Assembly: GCA_026387575.1 (NCBI GenBank)
Contig: JAPLLK010000092.1
Coordinates: 1-60,652, forward strand
Origin: Nitrospirota bacterium
GTDB taxonomy: Bacteria; Nitrospirota; Thermodesulfovibrionia; Thermodesulfovibrionales; UBA1546
Length of the DNA: 60,652 nucleotides
Reading direction: 5' to 3'
Shown: positions 40,249-49,116 of the stretch, one piece after another
Layout: the number at the start of each line of letters is the position of its first letter
Position numbering within the stretch: the first letter of the stretch is position 1
Position numbers and translations under genes: made by a program
Notes under the pieces: generated by a model
What the model was told of the DNA's origin: nothing
What the model saw: only the letters and a program-made list of their open reading frames with translations
Databases searched by the model: none

Positions 40249-40956
40249 ATGGATTCGATAATAGAGGGATTTAACAGGGCGTTTTTACTCATATTTAATC
40301 TTGATGCGGAATTATTAAGCATAATATTCCTATCACTCAGGGTATCGGGAACAGCGCTTTTAATTGTATCCATCATGGGCATTCCCATATCAGCGCTCAT
40401 CAGCTTAAAGAAATTCCCGGCAAAGGGATTATTTATAAGTGTTATGAACACGCTTATGGGGCTTCCTCCTGTTGTGGTTGGCCTTTTTGTTTATATAATG
40501 CTGTCAAGGAGCGGTCCCATTGGTTTTATGGGACTTCTTTATACGCCGTCAGCAATGATTATCGCTCAGACAATCCTTGCTTTTCCCATTGTGGTATCAC
40601 TCTGTCATTCGGCGATTGTCAGCGTTAACCCTATCATAAAGCAGGCTTCAATGACATTGGGAGCGACACCACTTCAAACCTCTGTTACCATAATAAAAGA
40701 AGCGCGGTATGGAATAATGTCAGGGATGATTGCAGCATTTGGGAGGGTAATGGCAGAGGTTGGCGCAATACTTATTGTCGGCGGAAATATTGCAGGATAT
40801 ACCCGCGTTATGACAACAACCATTGCCCTGGAAACAGACAAGGGGAATTTTGAACTTGCCATAGCTCTTGGAATAATTCTCTTAACCATCTCGCTGGCCA
40901 TAAACTCGGCCCTGCACTTTGTCCAGAGAAAAGGAGCGCGTCCTGTAAACAGATGA
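40249..40956 (+). CDS. tupB: tungstate ABC transporter permease
   Basis: 235 aa with about 5-6 TM helices and ABC permease layout, positioned between tupA and the ATPase. Confidence 0.8.
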   Translation: MDSIIEGFNRAFLLIFNLDAELLSIIFLSLRVSGTALLIVSIMGIPISALISLKKFPAKGLFISVMNTLMGLPPVVVGLFVYIMLSRSGPIGFMGLLYTPSAMIIAQTILAFPIVVSLCHSAIVSVNPIIKQASMTLGATPLQTSVTIIKEARYGIMSGMIAAFGRVMAEVGAILIVGGNIAGYTRVMTTTIALETDKGNFELAIALGIILLTISLAINSALHFVQRKGARPVNR

Positions 40957-41606
40957 GCCTTAGACTTAATATATCCGATGTCTGGAAAAGCTATGATGGA
41001 AAACCTGTCCTGAATGCCTGCTCCTTTTCTTTTGACAGGAATGGCGTCTATGTATTAACGGGATCTAATGGCAGCGGTAAATCCACGCTGCTCAGGATAT
41101 GCGCCCTTATTGAAAGTCCTGACAAGGGAGAGGTCAATTATTTCTCAGGAAATAATATAATTAGCAAGGATACTGGATTAAGGCGCAGGATTACCCTTGT
41201 TTTGCCCGGGATTGGTTTGTTTAACGCTACGGTTTTTAATAATACAGCTTACGGCCTGAAAATAAGGGGAAACAAAAGCAATGAGATAGAAAGAAATGTC
41301 AATGAGGCATTAAAATTTGTAGGACTCCTTCATAAAAAGAATCACAATGCCCTTACGCTTTCAAGCGGTGAAACCCAGAGGCTCGGCATTGCAAGGGCAA
41401 TGGTCATAGGGCCTGAGATGCTTTTTCTTGATGAGCCCACAGCATCCATTGATAATGAGAATACACAAATCGTGGAGGATATAATCTTGAATATGAAAAA
41501 AGAAGACAAATCCAAAATCATTATTGCCACCCACGATATGATGCAGGCGGAAAGGCTTGCGGATTTCCTGCTGGTGATGAAAGAGGGGAAAATCAGCAAG
41601 GTCTAA
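40953..41606 (+). CDS. tupC: tungstate ABC transporter ATP-binding protein
   Basis: 217 aa with Walker A GSNGSGKST, signature LSSGETQRL and Walker B LFLDEP. Confidence 0.8.
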   Translation: MSLRLNISDVWKSYDGKPVLNACSFSFDRNGVYVLTGSNGSGKSTLLRICALIESPDKGEVNYFSGNNIISKDTGLRRRITLVLPGIGLFNATVFNNTAYGLKIRGNKSNEIERNVNEALKFVGLLHKKNHNALTLSSGETQRLGIARAMVIGPEMLFLDEPTASIDNENTQIVEDIILNMKKEDKSKIIIATHDMMQAERLADFLLVMKEGKISKV

Positions 41607-41741
41607 GTTGCACTCTCATGCACTTTTTTAGTATCTTATCTACAGTGGTTATTAGTCATCGGTCATTGGTTATCGGCAGGAATCAATATAAAAAGCAGAT
41701 TTTTTACTCTTGCTGACCAGGGCTAATAGTTTTTTAATTTT

Positions 41742-41828
41742 GCCGGAGTGGCGGAATTGGTAGACGCAAGGGACTTAAAATCCCTCGTCGGCAACGGCGT
41801 GCCGGTTCAAATCCGGCCTCCGGCACCA
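41742..41828 (+). tRNA. tRNA-Leu (anticodon UAA), CCA encoded
   Basis: Cloverleaf read by eye: acceptor GCCGGAG/CTCCGGC, anticodon stem AGGGA/TCCCT with loop CTTAAAA, a long variable arm, and T-arm GCCGG-TTCAAAT-CCGGC. Confidence 0.9.
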
Positions 41829-41834
41829 TATAAA

Positions 41835-42071
41835 TCAATGGGTTACGGGATTCCATGTCCTTCTCTCTTTCTCCTTAAAATGGCCAATTGTAACCTTTTT
41901 GTAACCATTTGAGATCATTTCAAGTTTTTCCTTCGTCTCTTTGTGCATCATTGTAACTTTTTCAGAAGCCCTTCTTAAGTCTGCCTCATTCACAATGTTA
42001 TACCTGTCAAAGACTGAGCGCGTCTTATGTCCTGAAATCTTCATAGCAACCTTTTCTGGGACTCCAGCCAC
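41835..42071 (-). pseudogene. tyrosine recombinase (phage integrase) C-terminal fragment
   Basis: The 78-codon ORF contains only the terminal catalytic block ...[26 protein letters not shown] (His...Tyr). The upstream frame closes at a TGA within about 30 nt, so no N-terminal or core domains remain. Confidence 0.75.
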
Positions 42072-42190
42072 AAAGTCACATCTCTGAATGGGCAGAATGA
42101 TTCACGATTTCGGGGTTAGGACGATATTCTTAAAAATCTATCTTCTACAGAGTGTGCGCGCCATTTAGCACGGCCGCTCCATCAGCTTTA

Positions 42191-42571
42191 TTAGGCAGCG
42201 TTTATATAACTTTTTATAGAAAGCTTAAATTTTTCTATTTCTTTTTTTAATCTACTTGGAGCTACTTTCCTGCCATTTTTTCCCAAAAGCGGAAAATAAA
42301 AATATTCATCTATCCATTTTTTCTCTTTTGCGTATTTCAAGATAGTTATGTAACTGCTTTCCTTATCTGACTTTGCTTTTTTACTATTATCACGTTTTTC
42401 CCAAATAAATAAAATTTTTTTATATTTTCTGGGAGCCAGCATTAATTTGAATAAATCTTTTTCTATCATGTCAATATTACATTTAAATTCAATTATAATT
42501 TCATTCCTATTTGATTTGATGAATAAATCAGCATCTTTTTTGATTATATTTTTTGCACCATTTATTTTCAT
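42191..42571 (-). CDS. hypothetical protein with possible PD-(D/E)xK-like motif
   Basis: 126 aa in a very AT-rich segment. DADLFIKSNRNEIIIEFKCN resembles D...ExK. Its start overlaps the upstream stop (ATGA). Confidence 0.45.
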   Translation of the reverse strand: MKINGAKNIIKKDADLFIKSNRNEIIIEFKCNIDMIEKDLFKLMLAPRKYKKILFIWEKRDNSKKAKSDKESSYITILKYAKEKKWIDEYFYFPLLGKNGRKVAPSRLKKEIEKFKLSIKSYINAA

Positions 42572-42819
42572 TTTTTTTGAGGGAATATTTCTTCTATTTT
42601 TTCATTGTTTTTAATAAATTCATTATAAATCCACATTGAAAACACTCTTTCGCTAAACTTAGCCCCACCACCTTCTCCATCATGACTGCTTTTATCCCAA
42701 TAACATTTTGCAAATCTTTTAAAACTGTTCACAGTAAATACCTTATTTGAATTTTTTGATAGAAATTCTACTGCGGGTCTATATTCTTTAATATGATCCA
42801 ATAAATGCTTATCGTTCAT
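42568..42819 (-). CDS. hypothetical protein
   Basis: 83 aa from ATG 42819, preceded by AAGGAGAG. The longer track ORF would overlap the WG-repeat gene. Confidence 0.4.
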   Translation of the reverse strand: MNDKHLLDHIKEYRPAVEFLSKNSNKVFTVNSFKRFAKCYWDKSSHDGEGGGAKFSERVFSMWIYNEFIKNNEKIEEIFPQKK

Positions 42820-42863
42820 TTTTACTCTCCTTAACATTTTATTTTGGCATAAATTACAGCATT

Positions 42864-43937
42864 TTATGCGGTAGGCTCCCAAATATATTTACCGGTCTTA
42901 TCAATATACCCCATATAAGCAATCTCTGCTATGTCATCTGAACGTCGTTTATTTCTCTGATATTGATTTTCGAAGCCAACCCATGCCAATCCATTCTCAA
43001 AGCTCCATGCTGTATCATACTTTGGTTCAATAACTATTTTACCTTGCCGGTTAATAAATCCGTCTTTGCGGTCAATTTTAACAGAAGCCATACCGTGAGA
43101 AAAGCCAAAAGCATTTTCATATTTCGGCTCTATTACTATTTCTCCGGTTTTATTAATAAACCCCCACTTGCCCTCAAGCTTTACTGCTGCCAAGCCATCA
43201 TTGAATGCTTTAACTTCCTGAAACCGCTTGTTACCGATAATTATCCTGCCTGTTCTGTCAATATACGTATCAGGATACCATCGTTTACCTACACGTGCTA
43301 ACCCTTCGTTAAAATTGAAGGCTGATTTATATTGCGGCTTGATAACAAACTTGCCACCCTTGACTATGTAGCCCCATTTTTTGCCTAATAACACCTCAGC
43401 TAATCCCTCTGAAAAAACAACAGGCATGCGACTCTGCGGTTTAATGACAATTCTACCCTCTTTGTCTACACACCCCCATTTCTTATTAACCATCACAGAG
43501 ACTAAACCCTCAGAAAAATAGTATGCCTCTTCAAATTGAGGCTCTATAACCATTGCGCCTGTTTTATTGATAAAGCCCCATTTCCCATTTGGCCCTTTCA
43601 CTGGCGCAAGACCTTCAGAAAAAATGGTGAACGATTCAAACTGCGGCTTTAATACCATTCTGCCGGTCTTATCAATAAATCCGTATTTGTTTTTTACTTT
43701 GACGGTTGCCAACCCATCGGAAAAATTACATGCTGAGTCAAACTGCGGATTTATGACAACAGTGCCTTTTGAATTAATATACCCTCTTTTGCCATCAACA
43801 GTGACGGGGAATAACGGGGCTTCTATTGAATCTTTCTTAATTGCGGCTAAAGCAAAATCGCTATAGGTTAAAGCAACTCCTGTTATAGCCAACCCTCTTA
43901 AAAAATCTCTTCTGCTAAGCATAATTCCTCCTTGCAA
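42864..43937 (-). CDS. WG-repeat (KWG-type) protein with twin-arginine signal peptide
   Basis: 357 aa with the SRRDFLRGLAITG Tat motif, followed by about 9 repeats of the pattern GxINxxGxxVIxPQFxxAxxFSEGLAxV...KWGF. Confidence 0.8.
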   Translation of the reverse strand: MQGGIMLSRRDFLRGLAITGVALTYSDFALAAIKKDSIEAPLFPVTVDGKRGYINSKGTVVINPQFDSACNFSDGLATVKVKNKYGFIDKTGRMVLKPQFESFTIFSEGLAPVKGPNGKWGFINKTGAMVIEPQFEEAYYFSEGLVSVMVNKKWGCVDKEGRIVIKPQSRMPVVFSEGLAEVLLGKKWGYIVKGGKFVIKPQYKSAFNFNEGLARVGKRWYPDTYIDRTGRIIIGNKRFQEVKAFNDGLAAVKLEGKWGFINKTGEIVIEPKYENAFGFSHGMASVKIDRKDGFINRQGKIVIEPKYDTAWSFENGLAWVGFENQYQRNKRRSDDIAEIAYMGYIDKTGKYIWEPTA

Positions 43938-43977
43938 TTGTCCGATTTAAAATTTAATTAGCCTTATTCTAATATTG

Positions 43978-44004
43978 CACCTCCCCCATGGAGTGTCCGG
44001 GGTT
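43978..44004 (-). promoter_or_regulatory. island motif copy a (CACCTCCCCCATGGAGTGTCCGGGGTT, plus-strand reading)
   Basis: One of four copies of a 27-bp motif, 40 nt upstream of the WG-repeat gene start. Confidence 0.6.
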
Positions 44005-44035
44005 TTCCTATAGCCTGATACACTTAACCCTCTCC

Positions 44036-44611
44036 TCAGCCTTTCCCTAAAGCAGACCTGTCCGCTGCTGTTAATGCCTTTTCTGCCCTAACCTCAAAAA
44101 CAACCGGCTTTACCGCAACCCTGTTCTCTGCCTTCCATCCCGGGCGTAAGACCTCTATCTCAAAGCCTTCTATAGTTTCATCCCCGAGGGATTCAGGATA
44201 GTCCTCGAACTCATAGTCTTTTGCGGAATCCCTGCTTACTCTTAATCTCTCCCCTTTGGCCTTAAAAGGCTCTATCCCGAGTGTATTTGAAAGGGTGTCA
44301 TATACTCCGAGCAGGACAGCGTTCTGCTCTATATTTCCGTCATCTTTCCCTGATTCGACCCTGTTTTTATGCTCAATAAGGGCATGGAGGATGTCTCCGT
44401 TAACAGAGCGGCACAATCTGTTTATGATCTCCTTTTTTACCTCGAAAGAGGTCATCTCCCTCAGGTCGCGCAGTGACGCCATGAATCCATTTGCCTGTAT
44501 GTCAGCCTTTCTAATGTACCCTTCGAGTTTTCTCAGGGTATTCCATACGTCCTTCGGCCTCTTCCTGATTGTTGTCGAGCGAGATTTTTTCTTTGTCTTA
44601 TTCTTTTTCAC
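44036..44611 (-). CDS. hypothetical protein, possibly a GrpE-like nucleotide-exchange factor
   Basis: 191 aa from GTG 44611, preceded by GGGAGGAGGAG. It has a basic/helical N-terminus and a C-terminus ...LGIEPFKAKGERL...IEVLRPGWKAENRVAVKPVVFEV that resembles the GrpE pattern G.e.i...G..f....h.A...v..GY....r..r.A.V.V. This is a by-eye match only. Confidence 0.5.
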   Translation of the reverse strand: MKKNKTKKKSRSTTIRKRPKDVWNTLRKLEGYIRKADIQANGFMASLRDLREMTSFEVKKEIINRLCRSVNGDILHALIEHKNRVESGKDDGNIEQNAVLLGVYDTLSNTLGIEPFKAKGERLRVSRDSAKDYEFEDYPESLGDETIEGFEIEVLRPGWKAENRVAVKPVVFEVRAEKALTAADRSALGKG

Positions 44612-46979
44612 GCAGACTCTCCTCCTCCCATATCCCTGATTCAGGCCCGGCAATGAGCCTATCAGGGCTTACGTTAAGTACCTTGGAGTTTTTTAAATCC
44701 CTGAGCTTTTTACCTGCTATCTGAGCATCTTCATAATCACCGAGCGCCCTGTTTGCGCCTTCAAGGAAATCAAGATACCTCTCAGTCTGTGGATACTGGG
44801 AGCACAGCCTCCTTAATATCTGCCTCGCCATCTTGTATTCCTTAATAGCCTGCGCCTCATTTCCTGATTTCCTGTAAGCTTGGCCGAGCCAATAATAGGC
44901 GGCATAGTGCTCTGAATCAATATCAAGTGCCTGCCTTAATCTTGAAATGCCCTCATCAATCTTTCCGCAGTCAGCAAGCTGGCAGCCATAATTTGTTGCA
45001 TATATGACATTGTCTGGTGCCATCTCAAAAGCCTTCCTGAAATATTCGAGGGCCTTTTCTTCTTCCCCCCTATCTTCATAGCAGAGCGCAACAATATTAT
45101 TAAGGCCTGCTGTATTTATGCCCTTATCCTGAAGCCTCTCGATTATCTCCACGGCTGCGCCTGTATTTCCTCTGAGCCTTTCCCTGTTTGAAAGCTCTAT
45201 CATCAACTCAGGGTCAGCCTTCTGACGCCCTTTCTTCATTTCAGCCGCCTTCTTCCATAACTCGCCTGCGGCGATGTCCTCAGGGGTATTAATGTTATGA
45301 GTCCACGGATGGCTTAGCTCAGCATCTATCTTTATATCAGGCTTATACACAAGGCCTGCGGTAAACTTCATAACCTTGTTCCTGTCTATATGCAGTCCTA
45401 TGCTCACAGGCTCACCCTTTTTAATGCCTTCAGGCAGCGAAAGCTTCAGGTTGCTTATCACCTTTCCGTTTCCCGAGTATATGGATATCCCGACGCTTTC
45501 AAGATTGTCCTTTGGGATGCAGAAATTATCGTTAACAGAAAAGTCTCCGTTGCCGGGAAAGGGAAGCTCAGTCCCAGCAGCCAGAAGTTTCTCCCTTTTC
45601 AGTCCCAGGGTGAAGATTCCTATCTCGTCATTTACTATGGGGATGACAACAGGCCTTTCATTTTTATGCAGATAGTAGCACTGAATTGCAGCACCCTTTG
45701 AAACAGAAAGGTCAAGGTCAGGCGCATCAAAGAACCTCGCATTCCTGAAGCTATCGAATGTCTCAAAGGCCCTTCTTATGATTGGGTTATGGCAGCTCCC
45801 TCCGTTAAAGATAAACGCGTCAATAGCTTCCGGCGATAGGTTCGCCTTATCAAGTGCATTAAATACAGGGCCGAAGAATGAGTATATGAAATAATCATCA
45901 GCAATCCTGCAGGAACCATCAAAATTATACGAGACAAACGGCTTCATAAGTTCCAGAAACCTCTCTGCGCTTGTAGTGCCGGATATCTTCCTGGTCTTTA
46001 TATCAAGGGCTGAGATATGAAAAGCATCGACTGACCATTGCTGCTTGCAGGTCCTGCCCCTGCCTCCTGAAATCATCATGCATATGCTTTCCTTAAGACT
46101 TTTTGCCGTAATTTTAAGCCTGAACCTGAGCTCCCTTTTAACTTTTTCTGGGAGGGAACCGAAATCAATGGAATTTTTTTCGCAGTATAAAGGAAGAATC
46201 TCCGCTTCAACGATATGAAGATCTATGTTATCCCCGCCAAGCTTCTCGTAATTGCTTATCGACCTGTTTTTGATGTTAAGGCCTATGCCGTTACTGACCG
46301 CATCTGCATCATATGATGCTTCAAAAACAGAGATATCGCATGTGCCTGCCCCAAGGTCGAACATAACGGTCTTTCTTGGTCTCTTCATATCAAGATTCGA
46401 GTCGAGCTTTTGGTGGCAGGCAGTATGTATGAATGCTGCAACAGGCTCATCAAGGAGGCCACCGTCATCAAGCGTCAGGCCTGCCAGCCTTGCAGCCTTT
46501 ATTGTGTCCTCGCGCTGGTTGTGGGCAAAGGAGGCGGGCACTGTTATCACAACATGGGATTTCTTTGGAGATATGCCTGTCTCTTTTTCTGCTACCCTTA
46601 TAAGCTTTTTTATTATCTCTGCGGAAACCTCAACAGGAGAGATTATCTCAGGATGGACTGAATCCTCGTATATCTTCAGAGTTCCCATGTCAGACTTGAC
46701 AGACACAAACAGGTTTTCGAAAGGTTTAGCCCTTTTGCCAGCGGCTTCCTCCAATGCCTCAAACCCTGTTATGACCTTCTTAGAGTTCTGCCTATGCTCT
46801 ATGTAGACAACAGAAGGCAGCCTCTGCCAGTTATGAAAGAGTGTTGCTCCTGCATGCGGATTGAACTTTATCGTTACCGGCTCTATATAAGTGCGATGAC
46901 TGCTGTTCCTGCCTTCAACAAGGTAACTTATGGATGAACTGCTTGTTCCAAGATCAATTCCGAAATAGACCTTGCTCAT
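44598..46979 (-). CDS. Hsp70-family ATPase (NBD + SBD-beta-like) fused to C-terminal TPR repeats
   Basis: 793 aa from ATG 46979 (RBS AAGGAGG). Hsp70 motifs are GIDLGTSSS, VVITVPASFAHNQREDTIKAARLAGL, LLDEPVAAF, VMFDLGAGTCDISVFE, GGDNID and FNGGSCHNPIIRRAFE. An SBD-beta-like stretch and about 5 TPR units (...ALEYFRKAFEMAPDN..., ...YYWLGQAYRKSGNEAQAIKEY...) follow. Confidence 0.85.
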   Translation of the reverse strand: MSKVYFGIDLGTSSSSISYLVEGRNSSHRTYIEPVTIKFNPHAGATLFHNWQRLPSVVYIEHRQNSKKVITGFEALEEAAGKRAKPFENLFVSVKSDMGTLKIYEDSVHPEIISPVEVSAEIIKKLIRVAEKETGISPKKSHVVITVPASFAHNQREDTIKAARLAGLTLDDGGLLDEPVAAFIHTACHQKLDSNLDMKRPRKTVMFDLGAGTCDISVFEASYDADAVSNGIGLNIKNRSISNYEKLGGDNIDLHIVEAEILPLYCEKNSIDFGSLPEKVKRELRFRLKITAKSLKESICMMISGGRGRTCKQQWSVDAFHISALDIKTRKISGTTSAERFLELMKPFVSYNFDGSCRIADDYFIYSFFGPVFNALDKANLSPEAIDAFIFNGGSCHNPIIRRAFETFDSFRNARFFDAPDLDLSVSKGAAIQCYYLHKNERPVVIPIVNDEIGIFTLGLKREKLLAAGTELPFPGNGDFSVNDNFCIPKDNLESVGISIYSGNGKVISNLKLSLPEGIKKGEPVSIGLHIDRNKVMKFTAGLVYKPDIKIDAELSHPWTHNINTPEDIAAGELWKKAAEMKKGRQKADPELMIELSNRERLRGNTGAAVEIIERLQDKGINTAGLNNIVALCYEDRGEEEKALEYFRKAFEMAPDNVIYATNYGCQLADCGKIDEGISRLRQALDIDSEHYAAYYWLGQAYRKSGNEAQAIKEYKMARQILRRLCSQYPQTERYLDFLEGANRALGDYEDAQIAGKKLRDLKNSKVLNVSPDRLIAGPESGIWEEESLREKE

Positions 46980-46998
46980 ATTGCCTCCTTTGTTGCAA

Positions 46999-47349
46999 TC
47001 ACCATGCCGCGATTGCTGGATTTTCAAACGGAGCTGCCATGAAATTCCTGCGCGGCATGTATCTTTTGAGTTTCTTTTTTATCTGCCTGAGCCCTTTTTT
47101 ATTCCTGTAGGCTGTGATCAGGCATTTCCCGTCATTAGAGACAACAAGGGTTGTGCCCTCAAGTTTTGCGTACCTGTCATCCCTGAGATACCCTGATGGG
47201 ATGTCGTGCCTTCCTAGAAACACAAAAAGAGCGCCTGCCCTGTGTATCTTCTGCCCGAATCTAAGCAAGAATTCTATGTTCTCTCCTCTGATGTTACGCT
47301 GTGAGGCCCTCTCGAAAGCATGTTTGCTGAATCTTTCGAACATCTCCAT
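46999..47349 (-). CDS. DUF4258-like (BECR-fold RNase toxin-type) domain protein
   Basis: 116 aa. FSKHAFERASQRNIRGENIEFLL...GTTLVVSNDGKCLITAYRNK matches my recollection of the DUF4258 pattern (S.HA.eR...R.I......ViTvYr). The RBS is AAGGAGGG. Confidence 0.55.
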   Translation of the reverse strand: MEMFERFSKHAFERASQRNIRGENIEFLLRFGQKIHRAGALFVFLGRHDIPSGYLRDDRYAKLEGTTLVVSNDGKCLITAYRNKKGLRQIKKKLKRYMPRRNFMAAPFENPAIAAW

Positions 47350-47358
47350 GCCCTCCTT

Positions 47359-47520
47359 TTAAACTTTTCTTTTTTCGATTATCTTCCTGAGTTCATTAGC
47401 AGTTACATGAGCTTTAATCTCATAAAAGCGTACGGTTCTGTGCCACCTTACAACGCTGACAAACATGAAGACGCTGGATATAACAAATAGAATCACTATG
47501 ATGCTTAGAATTGCTGTCAT
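47359..47520 (-). CDS. small single-pass membrane protein (53 aa), first gene of the Hsp70-TPR operon
   Basis: Below the ORF-track cutoff. My translation is MTAILSIIVILFVISSVFMFVSVVRWHRTVRFYEIKAHVTANELRKIIEKRKV. A strong RBS AAGGAGGA precedes it, and it ends 9 nt before the next start. Confidence 0.45.
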   Translation of the reverse strand: MTAILSIIVILFVISSVFMFVSVVRWHRTVRFYEIKAHVTANELRKIIEKRKV

Positions 47521-47573
47521 TTTGTCCTCCTTTTTTGGTTAAAAATTAATTTCATGTTTTAAGTATAAAGGGG

Positions 47574-47600
47574 CACCTCCCCCAAGGGATGTCTGAGGTT
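47574..47600 (-). promoter_or_regulatory. island motif copy b (CACCTCCCCCAAGGGATGTCTGAGGTT)
   Basis: 53 nt upstream of the small-TM gene start. It lies within a 45-nt stretch identical to copy d. Confidence 0.6.
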
Positions 47601-47723
47601 AAAAAAAATATTTTGCTGTTAATGCAAGCTGCAGTATTGAGGTCTTTTAAGGACACTAGATGTGGGGATTAGAATTTTTGCTGCCTTCGGGATACAGATG
47701 CCAGTGAACAGATGATTCAAAAC

Positions 47724-48797
47724 TCAGTGTTTTTCTGCCATTCTCTGTTTTACCGCTTGCTGCAACTCTTTCAATGGCTCATTTTCGGGCTCCAAAGCAA
47801 GCCCTTTTTTGATAACTTCATCTGCTTCATCAAGTCTCCCTAAATCTATTGCTGTTTCCGCAAGATTTTCATACAGCCCAACAACGTCAGGAATCTTTTC
47901 AACTCCTTCTTTGGCTATCATATACGCCTCATGGCGCAAATCGGCATCCATATATGAACAGCAGAGGCCTCCGTAAACGTTGTCTGATTCAAGTCCCATT
48001 TCTTTTGCTGTCCTGTAATAGCAAATCGCTGCCCACGGTTCTTTCCTCTCCAGATTGCAATATCCCATTTCAATAAGATACCGAGGGTCATCAGGGACTA
48101 TTTCAAGCAGTTCTGTCAGCACTTTGAATGCCTCTTCATGGTATCCAAGAAGATTAAGAGATAGCGCCTTGTTATACAACAAAGGCGTAATATCATTTAC
48201 ATCGCTTGCAAGTGCTTGGTCAAAGTATCTCAATGCCTCATACAGATCATCCATCCTGTAAAACAATAAACCCATTAAATTGAGCAATGCTGAAGATTCA
48301 GGATATTTTTCAAGGGCCTCCTCAAGTAGTTCACTTGCCTTTTTATACTCTTCTCTCTCGATAAGCTCTCTCGTGATTCCATAATAGCGTTGCTCGCCAT
48401 GAGATTTCCATGGAAGCGAATTATATATGCTCATTGCCTTTTCATATTCCTCTTGGTCGAGATGCAATTCTCCGATTTGGATTAAAAGATCGTTAAGTTT
48501 GCTCTTGAGTGTTTTCTTTTTTTTGGGCTCAGTTGTTTCTTCCAGTTTTTCCCTGAGCTTCTCAACCCTTGCGTTCAACTTTCTGACTTCCCTCTCTGCC
48601 TTTGCCGTATTCTTGTCCATTATCAATCCTCCTTTATTTCTCATTTTACTTTCTAAATATTTTTGACGTGCTTGCCTAACAGCTTCTTTTGATACTGGCT
48701 CGTCTCCACCAAGAGACTCTATATAAGAGTCCAATGCCTCACCATACTGTTCGTCTGTTAAATGTCTAACTGGCGGGTGTTTTCTGTTGGTTATCAT
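47724..48797 (-). CDS. coiled-coil + TPR repeat protein (paralog 1)
   Basis: 357 aa with a charged helical N-terminus followed by TPR units. It is clearly paralogous to 52844-53839 (for example LLYNKALSLNLLGYHEEA vs ALYNKALSLNNLGYYEDA, and PDDPRYLIEMGY vs PDDPEYLVEMGY). Confidence 0.8.
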   Translation of the reverse strand: MITNRKHPPVRHLTDEQYGEALDSYIESLGGDEPVSKEAVRQARQKYLESKMRNKGGLIMDKNTAKAEREVRKLNARVEKLREKLEETTEPKKKKTLKSKLNDLLIQIGELHLDQEEYEKAMSIYNSLPWKSHGEQRYYGITRELIEREEYKKASELLEEALEKYPESSALLNLMGLLFYRMDDLYEALRYFDQALASDVNDITPLLYNKALSLNLLGYHEEAFKVLTELLEIVPDDPRYLIEMGYCNLERKEPWAAICYYRTAKEMGLESDNVYGGLCCSYMDADLRHEAYMIAKEGVEKIPDVVGLYENLAETAIDLGRLDEADEVIKKGLALEPENEPLKELQQAVKQRMAEKH

Positions 48798-48842
48798 AAT
48801 TACCCCCTGAAATAAAATGATTATATTTTTATTGTAACGTCA

Positions 48843-48869
48843 GACATCCCCCATAGAGTGTCCGAGGTT
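48843..48869 (-). promoter_or_regulatory. island motif copy c (GACATCCCCCATAGAGTGTCCGAGGTT)
   Basis: 45 nt upstream of the TPR paralog 1 start. Confidence 0.6.
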
Positions 48870-49116
48870 TTAAAAAAGGGGATTTAAGCAGATTTTAGGA
48901 GGCGATGATACTTAAGCACTATTTCGGGGCGGATGGGAAAGGTGAGAGAATTTAGCGGGAAATTCAGAAAGCGCCCCTCTCGGCATCACTACTTACCTAG
49001 AGCAATCTGATTCGCCATATACCGCTCCAATCCTCATCTGCTTCAAACCAGTACCCCTCAAGAATTTTGCTTTTTTCAAACATATGCAATGCGGCTTTAC
49101 CGTTCACACTCGGTGC

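Noticed and set aside
47570-47583. GGGG-cacct-CCCC hairpin overlapping motif copy b as a conserved RNA structure
   Set aside because: The pairing is not preserved in the other three motif copies, so the conserved feature is more likely the primary DNA sequence.
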